Of a stretch of 64,000 bases of DNA, positions 10,825 through 22,265 are shown in pieces. Location: NCBI GenBank assembly GCA_045648505.1, contig JAZROD010000002.1:289-64288 (forward strand). The letters are read 5' to 3'. Position 1 is the stretch's first letter; the number at the start of each line of letters is the position of its first letter. The notes under the pieces were generated by a model. The model was not told where the DNA came from, ran no database searches, and saw nothing but the letters and a program-made list of their open reading frames with translations. Both the position numbers and the translations under genes were made by a program. This DNA is from Clostridia bacterium. Its GTDB lineage: Bacteria; Bacillota; Clostridia; RGIG6154.

Positions 10825-13800
10825 ATGAAAAAATTATTAGCTTTAATTTTGTCTGTGTTAATGACAATGTCATTATTTGCACTTCCCGTAAGTGCGGAAG
10901 CAGCTTTACCTGCTATAGCAGAAGGAGATGCTATCTACGCCGGTGAGCAGTCAATCACAATCAAACTTGCTCAGGAAGTGGAAGAAGGAACAACAGCTCT
11001 TACTGCAGAGCAGGAAGATCTTATAAAAATCACAAACTTAAAAACAAATGAAGAGATTGATTTTACAAATGTTATTACAGGTGATGTTTTAACACTTATC
11101 CCTGAAGAAAGCTTTGAAATCAATAAACTTGATGCAACAGAAACAACTACATACAAACTTCAGCTTGGCAACAAAACAAAGCTTTTCACGGTAGATGAAT
11201 TCTGGGTACCGAACTTTGTTGGAGATGCTGAAGCAGGTACAGTTACAGATCTTTACATTGAAAAAGGTAACGGTATTGTTATAGATGTTGTTAATAATGA
11301 TACTATAATTCTCGGTAGCAATGCAGGTGTAGTGTATTTGAATTGTGATGATTTACTCACAAAAGAAAATGTATCTCTTGTTGCTGATGTTTACTATACA
11401 GGTGGAAGCAAGCAGTATAGCTCAGTCTTTGGTTTTAACGTTTTAGCAAAAAAGGCAGGTCTTTTACACACAAACAACAAGGTTTCAGCTGCAGGATGGG
11501 TATTTAAGACAAGACAGGATCCATTTTATTATAATACACATGTAGTTACTATCGGAAATGAAGATTCAACTGCCAATGTTGCTTCATATGGATACAATAA
11601 CACTACAGAAGGTGGCGATCATTCAGCTTTCCTTGATGAGAATCTTAATCCGGCATATACTTCTACAAACTTTGGAACTGATTATGTTGCATCAACTACA
11701 ACAATAGGAACTGACGGTTTGGATGCTGAAGCAGATGCAGGAACATTTAATGAGGAAACTAAGTATCACTATGCAATTGATAAGATGGGCGAAGTTGCAA
11801 CACTTATGATTAGAGGTCAGCTTGTTGATGTGCTCGACACACAGGCTATTTATGACACAAAAAGTGCAGGAACTGCTCCAAAAGCAGGTTATTTCACATT
11901 AGCAACGTGGAACAACACATACAATCGTAAAACAATTTACGCAAATATTAAACTTATTACATCAAGTGTAAGGGAAATTGCAACAGGAACAATTTCAGTC
12001 GAAAGTGTTTCAGCAGAAGAAGAAATGATAACTGTTAAATTCGCATCTGACGGAAATTCTGTAGATGTTTCTGCAGTAGAGAACATTTATAATTACATAG
12101 AATTATCAGAGGGTGATTATGACATAATTTCTGCAGAAGGAGATACCCTCGTACTTAAGGTTAAAAATATAAGCTATGAGCCTTCTGTGATTACCGTTAA
12201 AAAAGATTTCGGCTACGATTCATTAAGAGTTGCTGAGGATATAACGGTTGATTATCAGTTCATAGCAAGAGAAGGCGATGTTGTACTTGAGTCATTTAAT
12301 GGTAATTACAACACAATTACTCTTGATTTCAACATTGATATGACAGATGCAAAGAATGTTGATGATAAAATTAAATTATTGTTAAATGGAAGTAAAATAA
12401 ATTTCACAACTGTTATTGATGGTGAAAAAATTACTCTTAATCTTAATGAAAGTCTTAAAGCAGATGTAATATATGACCTTGTAATTGAAGAAGGCTTAGG
12501 ATATGAAAAAGTTACACTTAAAAACAGAATAAACAAGTACATTGTAATCGAAACAATTAAAAATGTAACTTTTGACGGAGGCGTTTCTTTAGATTATATT
12601 ACTACATATGACAATAATAAAATGACAGGAGAAGATATACCATATACAACAGTAAGAAACGGAAAGCTTTATGTTAAGAATGGCGATTATCTTACATTGT
12701 ATTTTGATAAATTAGGACTTGAAAATTATGAAGATTATATAATGTCCTTTGACCTTGAACGCTACGGATCAGCAAATACTGATATTCTTCACTTAAATGT
12801 TCCGAAGTCCAGCTCAGGTATTGCATACTATACTAACACACTCAAAGGTATCGGTTGGAGAGTTAGATCCGGTGAATGGCATAAATATATGCATTGGGGA
12901 GTGAAGAGCAAGACATACACAAGTGAGGCAACTCCTGGTGGTACTCTTGGAGGATATTTAAGCGAGAAATTTACGCTTGAAGAAAATGACGGTGATGTAA
13001 CTCTTCCGGAGGGACAACCGGTAGTAACTAATTATGTGATTGAAAAGACAAGTGCACATGCGAAGCTTTTCGTTAACGGCCAGTTTATTGATGCTCTTGA
13101 TATGAATGAAATGCTTTCAGGCTGGAACAACAGCTATCCTGATAACCAGGTGTCAGAGGTTCCTACAAAAGGTATCTTTGTATATTCATCATTTGAAGAA
13201 AAAAATAAATCCTGTGTAGCTTTTGATAATATGATAATAGCTCAGTTTAAGGAATATACAGACGGAGAAACAAAAGTGACTGAGGAAAATAAAACTATAA
13301 ACGGAAACACAGCATCAGGTAATATAACAGTAAGAAACTTCATGGCAGAAGGTAACAAAAAAATGGCTGTTGTGGTTACAGCTTACGGTGAGAACAACAA
13401 ATTCTTAGGTGTTAAGAAAGTGTTGGAAGAAACACTTGCTCCGGGACAGAGTGCTCAGGCAAATTATAGCTTTACTGCAAGTGAAGAAATCAAAGACATA
13501 AGCACAGAACTTGTTGATGATACTATGATTTCTAAAACAACAGAAATATCTGTTACTTCAGCTTTCCAAACTGATTTTGATAATAATATTATTACAATCA
13601 AAGGAAAGATTAAGCCTGAATCAAAGGACAGAACAGTTTATATGCTTATGGCAAAAGATAACGGCTTTGTTACTCCTTGGGCAGGAACAGCAGAAAACGA
13701 TGGAAATTTAACAATTGTTAATATTCCTGCTGATGCTGAAAGCTTTGAATATAGCTTTAAATACAAAGAAATTGCTGACCTTGATCCATATAAAATGTCT

Positions 13801-14997
13801 ATATATGCCATTGTATGGAATAACGGTATTGAACTTAAAAGACTTGCAACATACAACTATGCAAAAAATGAGGATGTATTAGCCTTTGCTGAAACTGTTA
13901 AAACAACAAAAACAACATTTGTTGAAGTTGAAAAATATGCACAGTCGCTTGGCATTGACCTTTCATTTGCAGATACAGAGTACGAGCAGAAATTCTTGGT
14001 TGATACAATATATGATGAAAGAGAAACAATAACAGGAAAAGACGACCTTGCAAGTATTATAGAAAAAGCAAAAGCAAGAATGGAGATGCTCAGTAATATT
14101 CATAAGAACGCATCAACAGCAGCACTTGTTAACAAAGAAATAACAAGCTATGCATCATTAGCTGCGCTTGATTTGACAAAATATAATGCTCTTACAAGCG
14201 CACAGAAGGTAATTGTCTGTACATCATTTATCTACGCGAACTACGAAGAACTCGGTTATGCTGAATTCCTTAAAGCGTTCAATATAGCAGTTCAAAATGC
14301 TTCTGAGACAAAGGTACCGTCAGGTGGCGGTGGAGGCGGAGGCGGTGGAGGCGGCTATGTTGCCCCAACACCGGTTATACCATCAGGCATAGAAGTAACT
14401 GTAGATCCTGACGAATATACAGAAAAACCATCTGTGGAAATAATCGGAAAACAGAGTTTTGCTGATATGGATGAATATGGCTGGGCAAAAGAAGCTGTTG
14501 AAATCCTTTCAGATAAGGGTGTGGTTTCAGGCATTGGCAATAATATGTTCAATCCTGAAGGAACTGTTACAAGAGAGCAGATTGCTAAAATGGTTGTATC
14601 TGTACTTAATGAACTTGACAACGATGCAAAAGCAGAATATGGCGATGTTGATGCATCAGGTTGGGCATATAAGTTTATCGCTTCTGCAAAGAAAAGTGGA
14701 TTAATGAACGGAATTTCAGATACGGAATTTGCTCCTTTATCTGCGGTTACAAGAGAAGATTTAGCCGTAATCTTATACAGAGCATCACTTAAGCAAGACA
14801 AAAAATATGAAGTTAAGAAATCTGGTTTTACAGATTTTACGGAAATAAGCGAATATGCAAAAGAAGCCGTAGAATATATGGCAGGTGCAGGCATAATTAA
14901 TGGATTTGAAGACGGAAGCTTCAATCCAAAAGCTCCTGCAACAAGAGCTCAGGCGGCAGTACTTATTTATAAGGCATTAATCGGAGGTGATAAGTAA
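10825..14997 (+). CDS. Large secreted surface protein with C-terminal SLH triad and repeated Ig/lectin-like modules
   Basis: Signal peptide MKKLLALILS, poly-Gly linker, three SLH repeats (FNPEGTVTREQ, FAPLSAVTRED, FNPKAPATRAQ). Confidence 0.88.
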   Translation: MKKLLALILSVLMTMSLFALPVSAEAALPAIAEGDAIYAGEQSITIKLAQEVEEGTTALTAEQEDLIKITNLKTNEEIDFTNVITGDVLTLIPEESFEINKLDATETTTYKLQLGNKTKLFTVDEFWVPNFVGDAEAGTVTDLYIEKGNGIVIDVVNNDTIILGSNAGVVYLNCDDLLTKENVSLVADVYYTGGSKQYSSVFGFNVLAKKAGLLHTNNKVSAAGWVFKTRQDPFYYNTHVVTIGNEDSTANVASYGYNNTTEGGDHSAFLDENLNPAYTSTNFGTDYVASTTTIGTDGLDAEADAGTFNEETKYHYAIDKMGEVATLMIRGQLVDVLDTQAIYDTKSAGTAPKAGYFTLATWNNTYNRKTIYANIKLITSSVREIATGTISVESVSAEEEMITVKFASDGNSVDVSAVENIYNYIELSEGDYDIISAEGDTLVLKVKNISYEPSVITVKKDFGYDSLRVAEDITVDYQFIAREGDVVLESFNGNYNTITLDFNIDMTDAKNVDDKIKLLLNGSKINFTTVIDGEKITLNLNESLKADVIYDLVIEEGLGYEKVTLKNRINKYIVIETIKNVTFDGGVSLDYITTYDNNKMTGEDIPYTTVRNGKLYVKNGDYLTLYFDKLGLENYEDYIMSFDLERYGSANTDILHLNVPKSSSGIAYYTNTLKGIGWRVRSGEWHKYMHWGVKSKTYTSEATPGGTLGGYLSEKFTLEENDGDVTLPEGQPVVTNYVIEKTSAHAKLFVNGQFIDALDMNEMLSGWNNSYPDNQVSEVPTKGIFVYSSFEEKNKSCVAFDNMIIAQFKEYTDGETKVTEENKTINGNTASGNITVRNFMAEGNKKMAVVVTAYGENNKFLGVKKVLEETLAPGQSAQANYSFTASEEIKDISTELVDDTMISKTTEISVTSAFQTDFDNNIITIKGKIKPESKDRTVYMLMAKDNGFVTPWAGTAENDGNLTIVNIPADAESFEYSFKYKEIADLDPYKMSIYAIVWNNGIELKRLATYNYAKNEDVLAFAETVKTTKTTFVEVEKYAQSLGIDLSFADTEYEQKFLVDTIYDERETITGKDDLASIIEKAKARMEMLSNIHKNASTAALVNKEITSYASLAALDLTKYNALTSAQKVIVCTSFIYANYEELGYAEFLKAFNIAVQNASETKVPSGGGGGGGGGGGYVAPTPVIPSGIEVTVDPDEYTEKPSVEIIGKQSFADMDEYGWAKEAVEILSDKGVVSGIGNNMFNPEGTVTREQIAKMVVSVLNELDNDAKAEYGDVDASGWAYKFIASAKKSGLMNGISDTEFAPLSAVTREDLAVILYRASLKQDKKYEVKKSGFTDFTEISEYAKEAVEYMAGAGIINGFEDGSFNPKAPATRAQAAVLIYKALIGGDK

Positions 14998-17849
14998 TGA
15001 AGAAGATTATATCTTTAATATTGTGCACAATTCTCTGTCTTAACCTTGTATATTTTTCAGTAATGGCTGAGGAAAATTACAATCTTAAGGACGAACAAAT
15101 AACATTACTTACTGCTATTAATATCTATAATAAGAATATTCAGCTTTCTGAAACAATTACAAGAGGTCAGTTTGCCGAAATGCTTGTTAAAAGCATATTT
15201 GATGAACCTCAGTACTTGATTTCCGGAATAGAAAGATTTAATGATGTTGATGAAAATCATGATTATTATGATTCAATTATGCTTCTTAAAAATCTTAAGG
15301 TTACTTATGGTGACGGACAAGGTAATTTTAACCCTGAGGAAGAAATCTTAACAAATGATGCTATCGTTATGGCAGTAAGATTTTTAGGATATACAAAGCT
15401 TGCTGAAAAAACAGGCTATATTCCTTTTGCGGCACAAAAGGGTATATCTGAAAATATGCAGTACTCATACAATGATGCACTTACAATGTGTAATGCATAC
15501 TTACTTATATATAATGTACTTACTGTTGATGTTTCTGACCGTTATGTTGATGATACAGTATCTTTTATGAGAAACTACAGAACACTTCATAAAGTTGAAG
15601 GTGTTGTTGAAGATGACGGCTTCATTAACAAATACGGATTATCAGATATTCCATCAAACAAAATTGTTATTGACGGTGTTATCTATAAAAATGCAACAAA
15701 TGAGAAAAACCTTTTTGGCTCCAGTGTAATAGCTTTTTATAAATATGATAAGAATGAGGAAGCCACAATACTTGCTTTAATTCAGACAAAAGATAATGAA
15801 ACATTGACTATCAAAAGCAAAAATATTGAAAAATACATTCCTGAAACCCATTCTTATGAATACAGAGAATCTGAACTTGAAGATAATACCGATATAATAG
15901 ATATACCAAAGGATATTACAATTATATATAACGGTGTACCTCTTATAATTGATGATGACAGTTTTACAAGTGAAAACTTTGTTCCCAAGAACGGTACTGT
16001 TACATTCTTTGACAGCGATGGGGACAAAAAGTATGATTACTTATATATAAACTCATACGAAACTTATGTGGTAAATGCTGTTGACACTACACAAAATATT
16101 ATCTATTTAAAGGATTTTGAAAAACCTCTTGAACTTAAAAAAGATAAGTTCCACATTATCGGTTCAGAAGGTGAAGAAATTGAACCTTCAAAATTAAATG
16201 CCGGAAATACCCTTTCTGTTATGAAATCTTTATCAGGTGAAATTTTCAATATTTATGTTTCAAATATGACAATTTCAGATGTTGTTACAGCTAAAGATGA
16301 AGATGGAATTATTACAACGCAAAACAACGGCTCTTTAAAGCTTTCTGAAAACTTTATAGCAAAAGAATATGAAAAATCAGATAAGAAATACAATAAGGTA
16401 GCTGAAGCACTTGAAAGTATAGAATTTTCTTTAGTTTACAAATTCTACATAGATGTATTCGGTGAAGTTGCGTATATCGAACCGGAGAATGCTAATTTCT
16501 GGACAACTGCTACAATTATCAGAGCAGCGAATAATTCAAGAAGTAAGCTTAAAGACAATTATGTTGTTGAAATTTACGGATTTGATGGAAATATTTCAAC
16601 ATTTAATCTTGCTGAAAAAGTTACTGTAAACGATGAAACAAATTTCACAGACAGATATGAAGATGAAGAAGCAATTGAAATATTAAATTCTTTTGCAGGT
16701 AATGAAACAAATGCTAACAGAGTTTTCAGATATAAGCTTAATCTTCAGGGCTTAATCACAGATATAGAATTACCGCTTGCAGCAGGCTTTGATGGGCTTG
16801 AGGACATTAATACTGACAGACTTTTTGTGTTATATGATGCAACAGCTAATACAGTACAATTTAACACAAGTGGCGGATTTGTAGGCAGATTTATTTCAAC
16901 CGATAATTGTAAGGTATTGCTTATGGACGGTTCTGATATTGACAATCACGAAAAGTATGCAATATTAGATACATCTAGTTCATTTGCCAATAAAGAAAAT
17001 GCAAATGTTATTGCATATGGCACAGATACAAAAAATATGATATCGGAACATCTTATTAAAATTACTTCAAACAAGTTAAGTTATCCGGCTAATTCAAGTG
17101 CATTTCTTGCTGTAACTAATATTATTGAAGAATTTGACAGGGAAGAGATGGTTACAAGATACAGAATTGACGGATTTAACGGTACCACCGAAACAAGTAT
17201 TTATGCTGAAAGCACTTCAGTTATAAATAACATTCCTTTGTACACTACAGGAAAAACAGTTAGTGTGTCAGCAGGTGATATAATTGTTTATTCTCTTGAC
17301 TCAACAAAGCAAGGAAGAAGAACAGTAAATGAAATTACCGTTCTTTATGATGCAGATGGGGTTCTGGCAGATGGAAAAGGTTTCTTTGATGCATCTAAAG
17401 GCATTATTGCCGGTGCAACATATGACTATCTTAAGTTAGATAATGAAAAGTACGGAAACCCGCTTGCATTAAAAGAAACTACTGCTACAGGTGTACTTAC
17501 GCCTGCAAAGGACAACTTCGTTAAGCCGATGGTTGACCCATACAGAATTGCAATGGGCTTTGTATATTCAGAAAATGACGGTAATGTTGTTCTTACAACA
17601 CAACCATTAAATAAGCAGAAATATAAAAATTCTCTCAATTATGCAAACAGCGGTGCAGAATATGTAACAGAAGCATACTCAAATGTTTCAAAGAAAATAA
17701 TTAAAATTAAAAAATTGAATAATGGCAAGGTTAAGGTAACTGCCGGTACAACAGCAGATTTAAAACCATACACAGTTTACGGACACGATTGTGCACAGGT
17801 TGTATTCCTTGGTTACTGGGGATTAAACTATATTTATGTGCTTGAATAA
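14997..17849 (+). CDS. S-layer-like protein with N-terminal SLH domains
   Basis: Signal peptide; ITRGQFAEM and FNDV...GDGQGNFNPEEEI SLH-like motifs. Translationally coupled to the upstream gene (TAATG). Confidence 0.75.
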   Translation: MKKIISLILCTILCLNLVYFSVMAEENYNLKDEQITLLTAINIYNKNIQLSETITRGQFAEMLVKSIFDEPQYLISGIERFNDVDENHDYYDSIMLLKNLKVTYGDGQGNFNPEEEILTNDAIVMAVRFLGYTKLAEKTGYIPFAAQKGISENMQYSYNDALTMCNAYLLIYNVLTVDVSDRYVDDTVSFMRNYRTLHKVEGVVEDDGFINKYGLSDIPSNKIVIDGVIYKNATNEKNLFGSSVIAFYKYDKNEEATILALIQTKDNETLTIKSKNIEKYIPETHSYEYRESELEDNTDIIDIPKDITIIYNGVPLIIDDDSFTSENFVPKNGTVTFFDSDGDKKYDYLYINSYETYVVNAVDTTQNIIYLKDFEKPLELKKDKFHIIGSEGEEIEPSKLNAGNTLSVMKSLSGEIFNIYVSNMTISDVVTAKDEDGIITTQNNGSLKLSENFIAKEYEKSDKKYNKVAEALESIEFSLVYKFYIDVFGEVAYIEPENANFWTTATIIRAANNSRSKLKDNYVVEIYGFDGNISTFNLAEKVTVNDETNFTDRYEDEEAIEILNSFAGNETNANRVFRYKLNLQGLITDIELPLAAGFDGLEDINTDRLFVLYDATANTVQFNTSGGFVGRFISTDNCKVLLMDGSDIDNHEKYAILDTSSSFANKENANVIAYGTDTKNMISEHLIKITSNKLSYPANSSAFLAVTNIIEEFDREEMVTRYRIDGFNGTTETSIYAESTSVINNIPLYTTGKTVSVSAGDIIVYSLDSTKQGRRTVNEITVLYDADGVLADGKGFFDASKGIIAGATYDYLKLDNEKYGNPLALKETTATGVLTPAKDNFVKPMVDPYRIAMGFVYSENDGNVVLTTQPLNKQKYKNSLNYANSGAEYVTEAYSNVSKKIIKIKKLNNGKVKVTAGTTADLKPYTVYGHDCAQVVFLGYWGLNYIYVLE

Positions 17850-17882
17850 TTAAGGTATACGAATATAAGAAGGAGGTAATGT

Positions 17883-20800
17883 ATGAATATTAAAAAAATT
17901 ATTTCACTCTTTTTGACGATGTGCATGGTTTTGTGCATAGTAAGTACAGTATCTGCTGATGTAGTAGCAGGTCAGACATCATTGTTTAGTGATAATTTCG
18001 ATTCAGGTGTTTCAAAATGGACAGTAATCAATGGCAAGTATTTTACAGGAAATGCAGGAAAGCTCGTTTACAAAAACTATGTAGGCAGTACCTTTAACGA
18101 TACTGTTGAAAATGAACTTGTAGTAGAAAACGGCAGTATTTCATTTGATATGAAAGCAAATAATCCTGTTGACTTTTCTGCAAGAGTAAGAGCACAAGGA
18201 AAAACTGCAGATTTTATAACTTTTGACTATTCTTCAAATAAAGTAAGAATTTCACGAGTTGAAAACGGCGGTGTAACTACTTTACTTAAAGAAGGAAGCT
18301 ATAAACTGTCAAATAATGTTATTTATAATGTAACTATTTCATTTATAGGTCCTGAAATAATTGTTAATATCAACAATCAGGAAGTTGTAAAAGCAAATGA
18401 AAATAAACTTACAGAAGGTAATTTTGGTTTTACGGCAAGAAAAGGACAATATGAAATTGACAATCTTGTAGTATATGAAAAGAAATATGAGAAGCCTTCA
18501 GAAACAGTTACAGCAACCAAGACAACAAAAATTTATGTTGCACCTGACGGAAACGACGAAACAGGTGACGGAAGTTATGAAAAACCTTTTGCAACTATGG
18601 GAAAAGCAAAGGAATTAACAACAAGAGCAAAAGCAAACTATCTGCCTATTGAAGTTATCTTCAAGGAAGGCGAGTACAGAGTTGATAAGGTTACAAGTTT
18701 TGATTCAAACACATCAGGTTCTCAAACAGCGCCTATCACATACAGAGCAGAAGAAGGTGCAAAGGTTGAGTTTAACGGTGCAACAGTTATTGACCATACA
18801 AAATTTGAGCCAATAACTGATGAAAAGGTTAAAGCAAAGCTTTATGATGAAGTTAAGGATAAGGTTCTTCAGCTTGACCTTGCAGCACAGGGCTTTACAA
18901 GAGAAGATTTGGACTTCGTTTCAATTAACAAAGAAATTCCTACAACAGGTTCTCACGGTGAAAATTTGCGTACAGTTAATTTCTTCTTAAATGACAGAGT
19001 GCAGAAAATCTCAAGATGGCCTAACTCGGGTTTTGTTACCTTTGACAAATGTGTACAGGGCTCTACAAGCGTGAAAGACCCATACAAAGGCGGTAGAATT
19101 TATTTCTCAAACCCTGAACCGCTTCGTTGGACAGATGCAAAAGAAGCTTATGTTGAAGGTCTTATGTATTCGGAATGGTATACAGAGTCAATTCCAATTA
19201 AAGAAATAAATTTAGATGAAATGACTATCGACCTTTACAGATATGCAGTAAGAGGTGTAAGAAACGGACACGAATACTGTGTTAAAAATCTTGTTGAAGA
19301 AATTGATATTCCGGGCGAATGGTATGTTGATTTCGACACAATGATGCTTTACTACTATCCTGAAAGACCTTTCAGGGAAGGTGATGTTTTTGAAGTTTCA
19401 ACACTTAAACAGGCTTTCATTTCATTAAATAATGCATCATTTTTAAATTTTAAAGGTTTAACATTTAAAAACAGCTTGGGTATGATACAGTCTGTATATG
19501 ATGAAAACGGCAAAATTCTGGCATTTGGAAGATCTAATAACAGAAAAGAACAGTTTGAAGAATATGGCGGCGGTATTGAGTTCGGTAATAATTCACACGA
19601 TATCATTATTGATGGCTGTACATTTAAAGATATTAATGGTACAGGTGTAAGAAGTATTGGTTATTTAGGTTACCAGACATTCTGGCCTAATATGAATATT
19701 TATGTTCAAAACAGTAATTTCTACAGATGTTCAGAGGATGCCATAAGAGTTGGTACAGGTGATGCACCAACACTTCAGCAGGGTAACTTCAATGTATTAA
19801 ACAACTTCTTCTATGAATGTGATGTTATGTACGGTAACAACTATTGCTGTGGATACACAATCAAAAACAACCTTAGCGTAAGAATATTTAACCACGCAAT
19901 CAGAGCTGATGGTGCAGAATTTACTATTGAAAATAATGAAATAAGCTATGGTAACTACGCAATGAGTGATATGGGTGCAATTTACTGTGGCAGAAACACT
20001 TCTGAATATGGCTCATCAATTTCAAGAAATCTTATTATGAATTATGGGCCTGCTCCGACTGAATACAGAAACTATCCTGCAGGTGCTATATATCTTGATG
20101 ACGTAGTTGGCGGTATGAACATTACACAGAATATGTCAATGGCAAGAAATAAGAACTATCAGTCAACAGGTCTTATTTATGGTGGTGGACCTGATGTTAT
20201 TCACTATGGAAATATTTCTTTAAATGCAAACCGTGGCTATGTAATTCAAAACAGAGTAGGTGCATATCCTGATATGCTTGTTAAGGCATTAGAACCTACA
20301 CAAGCTAAGCTTTCTGCAGCACAGGATACATGGTTTGCAAAATATCCGCAGATTGAAAGACATATCGAATGGATGGCAGATACAAATCTTTATGATGCAC
20401 AGGTTCAGTTCTATGACAATCTTACTACTAACTGCGATGTTTCTACATACAGAACACAGGCAGACTTAAAGCCATATCTTACAGGCAGAGTTGACGATGC
20501 TCATATTATTGATGATTTAAGCATTTATGTAGACCCTGAAAATTATGACTACAGACTTAAAATGGAAGCTGTTAAGAAGTATAACCTTCCTGAAACACTT
20601 CCAAATGAAGAAAATCTGAATATTGATACAATCGGACTTCAGAGAGAAATGGTATATAATCGGGATTTGGTAAACTTCGATATTACATATCCTGTTAACG
20701 GTCAGACAGTTGATTATGCAAATAAGCTCACATTGGCATGGCAGGCATCAGATGCGGCTACAAACTATGAATATTTAGTGGCAACAGATGAAAGCTTTAA

Positions 20801-22226
20801 TGATATTGTTGCACAGGGTAAAACAATGGATACCTGTGTAGATATAACCACTCTTGAAGGCAATAAAACATATTATTTCAAGGTTAAGGCAATGTCCGAA
20901 TCAAGAAAGCACGGATACGAGCTTGAAAATAAAAACGGTGTAGTTAAATTTACTACTCCAAATGTATATTACAGCAATACAGGTCTTCTTGAAAAAACAG
21001 TAGGTGAACTTGAAGCTGCAACAAGTAAGTTGGTAGAAGGAACTATGCAGGGTCAGGCAAAGATTGGAACAAAACAAAAGGCACAGTCAGTTATAAATGA
21101 AGCTAAAGCTCTTATCTCTTCATCACCTGCACAGAAAGTTGTTGATGACAAAACAAGTGAAATAGCAGAATTTATTAAAAAGCTTGATGGATTTAAGAAT
21201 ACAGGCTATACAACGCTTAATATCAATAAAAAGACAGAATGGATTAATACTGCAGAGCTTGATACTAAGGAGTTGGGTAACGGTGTTGCTACATTCTCAA
21301 CACTTACCGGTAATAATATTACACTCAATGAAGTAATTCCAAACACACAGGTTGTTAAGTTTAAATATTCTATTTCAAACTTAACAAACTGGCATGCACT
21401 TGGCTTAAGAAGACAGATGCCAAATAAAGAAATATATTCTGATGATTGTTATTATATAATTGTTAAGAGCGATATATTTGAACTTCAGAAGAAGGGTACA
21501 ATTCTTAAGACCGAGCCAAATGACGGACTTGTTGTTGCAGGTAAGGAAAATGAAGTAACACTTGGTGCCGTAACAATGGAAAGCGGAGTAAACCTCTATG
21601 TTGAAATTAACGGCAAGGTAATATTTGATTATCTTGATACTTCAGAAACAATGGATTTACCTGGTATGTTCTCAATTCGTTTGCCTAAAGAAACCTCAAT
21701 CACAATTTCAAAGGCAGATAATGTACCAACAGAACTCTTTACTCCTTCACAGAAGATTATTGAAGAATCTGTACTTGGACCGAAGACAGTATATGATACA
21801 ACAAGCGAGGGCTTTGAGTTTGTAAACGGAACATTTACTGATTACAGATACGACAGACAGCCTGATGGCGCTAAAGAATATATCAGTACAGATGCAGGCT
21901 CCGAGGTAAGATGGTCAATGGAAACAAAGGGTGAAACAACCTTTGAGGTTTATTATTTCCATCACGGTGATGCAGCTAATGATAACAATGCTGAAATTAT
22001 CATAAGTGGTAAAGACGGAACCTACAGAAAGGCAGTAGATTTCTCAACAGGCGGTGAAGAATACAAACTTCTTGGTACATTTAAGTTTGTATCTGATAAC
22101 AACACAATCGGCAGAGCAGCACTTGTAATTAAAGGAAGCGGAAACGGAAAACTTCCTGTTTCATCGATTTATATCAGAGAAACAACTAACGACAAACCTG
22201 ATATGTTAAAACCAGAAAATCAATAA
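17883..22226 (+). CDS. Secreted right-handed beta-helix glycosidase (GH141-like) with lectin-like, FN3 and C-terminal CBM-like domains
   Basis: IYVAPDGND..GDGS.EKPFAT, SRWPN, NLVEEIDIPGEWY, and the acidic motifs DMGAIY and IYLDD. Confidence 0.75.
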   Translation: MNIKKIISLFLTMCMVLCIVSTVSADVVAGQTSLFSDNFDSGVSKWTVINGKYFTGNAGKLVYKNYVGSTFNDTVENELVVENGSISFDMKANNPVDFSARVRAQGKTADFITFDYSSNKVRISRVENGGVTTLLKEGSYKLSNNVIYNVTISFIGPEIIVNINNQEVVKANENKLTEGNFGFTARKGQYEIDNLVVYEKKYEKPSETVTATKTTKIYVAPDGNDETGDGSYEKPFATMGKAKELTTRAKANYLPIEVIFKEGEYRVDKVTSFDSNTSGSQTAPITYRAEEGAKVEFNGATVIDHTKFEPITDEKVKAKLYDEVKDKVLQLDLAAQGFTREDLDFVSINKEIPTTGSHGENLRTVNFFLNDRVQKISRWPNSGFVTFDKCVQGSTSVKDPYKGGRIYFSNPEPLRWTDAKEAYVEGLMYSEWYTESIPIKEINLDEMTIDLYRYAVRGVRNGHEYCVKNLVEEIDIPGEWYVDFDTMMLYYYPERPFREGDVFEVSTLKQAFISLNNASFLNFKGLTFKNSLGMIQSVYDENGKILAFGRSNNRKEQFEEYGGGIEFGNNSHDIIIDGCTFKDINGTGVRSIGYLGYQTFWPNMNIYVQNSNFYRCSEDAIRVGTGDAPTLQQGNFNVLNNFFYECDVMYGNNYCCGYTIKNNLSVRIFNHAIRADGAEFTIENNEISYGNYAMSDMGAIYCGRNTSEYGSSISRNLIMNYGPAPTEYRNYPAGAIYLDDVVGGMNITQNMSMARNKNYQSTGLIYGGGPDVIHYGNISLNANRGYVIQNRVGAYPDMLVKALEPTQAKLSAAQDTWFAKYPQIERHIEWMADTNLYDAQVQFYDNLTTNCDVSTYRTQADLKPYLTGRVDDAHIIDDLSIYVDPENYDYRLKMEAVKKYNLPETLPNEENLNIDTIGLQREMVYNRDLVNFDITYPVNGQTVDYANKLTLAWQASDAATNYEYLVATDESFNDIVAQGKTMDTCVDITTLEGNKTYYFKVKAMSESRKHGYELENKNGVVKFTTPNVYYSNTGLLEKTVGELEAATSKLVEGTMQGQAKIGTKQKAQSVINEAKALISSSPAQKVVDDKTSEIAEFIKKLDGFKNTGYTTLNINKKTEWINTAELDTKELGNGVATFSTLTGNNITLNEVIPNTQVVKFKYSISNLTNWHALGLRRQMPNKEIYSDDCYYIIVKSDIFELQKKGTILKTEPNDGLVVAGKENEVTLGAVTMESGVNLYVEINGKVIFDYLDTSETMDLPGMFSIRLPKETSITISKADNVPTELFTPSQKIIEESVLGPKTVYDTTSEGFEFVNGTFTDYRYDRQPDGAKEYISTDAGSEVRWSMETKGETTFEVYYFHHGDAANDNNAEIIISGKDGTYRKAVDFSTGGEEYKLLGTFKFVSDNNTIGRAALVIKGSGNGKLPVSSIYIRETTNDKPDMLKPENQ

Positions 22227-22232
22227 TAATAA

Positions 22233-22252
22233 GGGAGGGGACATCCCCTCCC
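22233..22252 (+). other. GC-rich intergenic stem-loop without U-tract
   Basis: GGGAGGGG-ACAT-CCCCTCCC directly before the AGGAG RBS of the next gene. Confidence 0.7.
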
Positions 22253-22265
22253 ATCAGGAGAAAAA

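Noticed and set aside
14323-14355. GGN repeat tract as a phase-variable repeat
   Set aside because: Mixed Gly codons encoding an ordinary poly-Gly linker before SLH domains.
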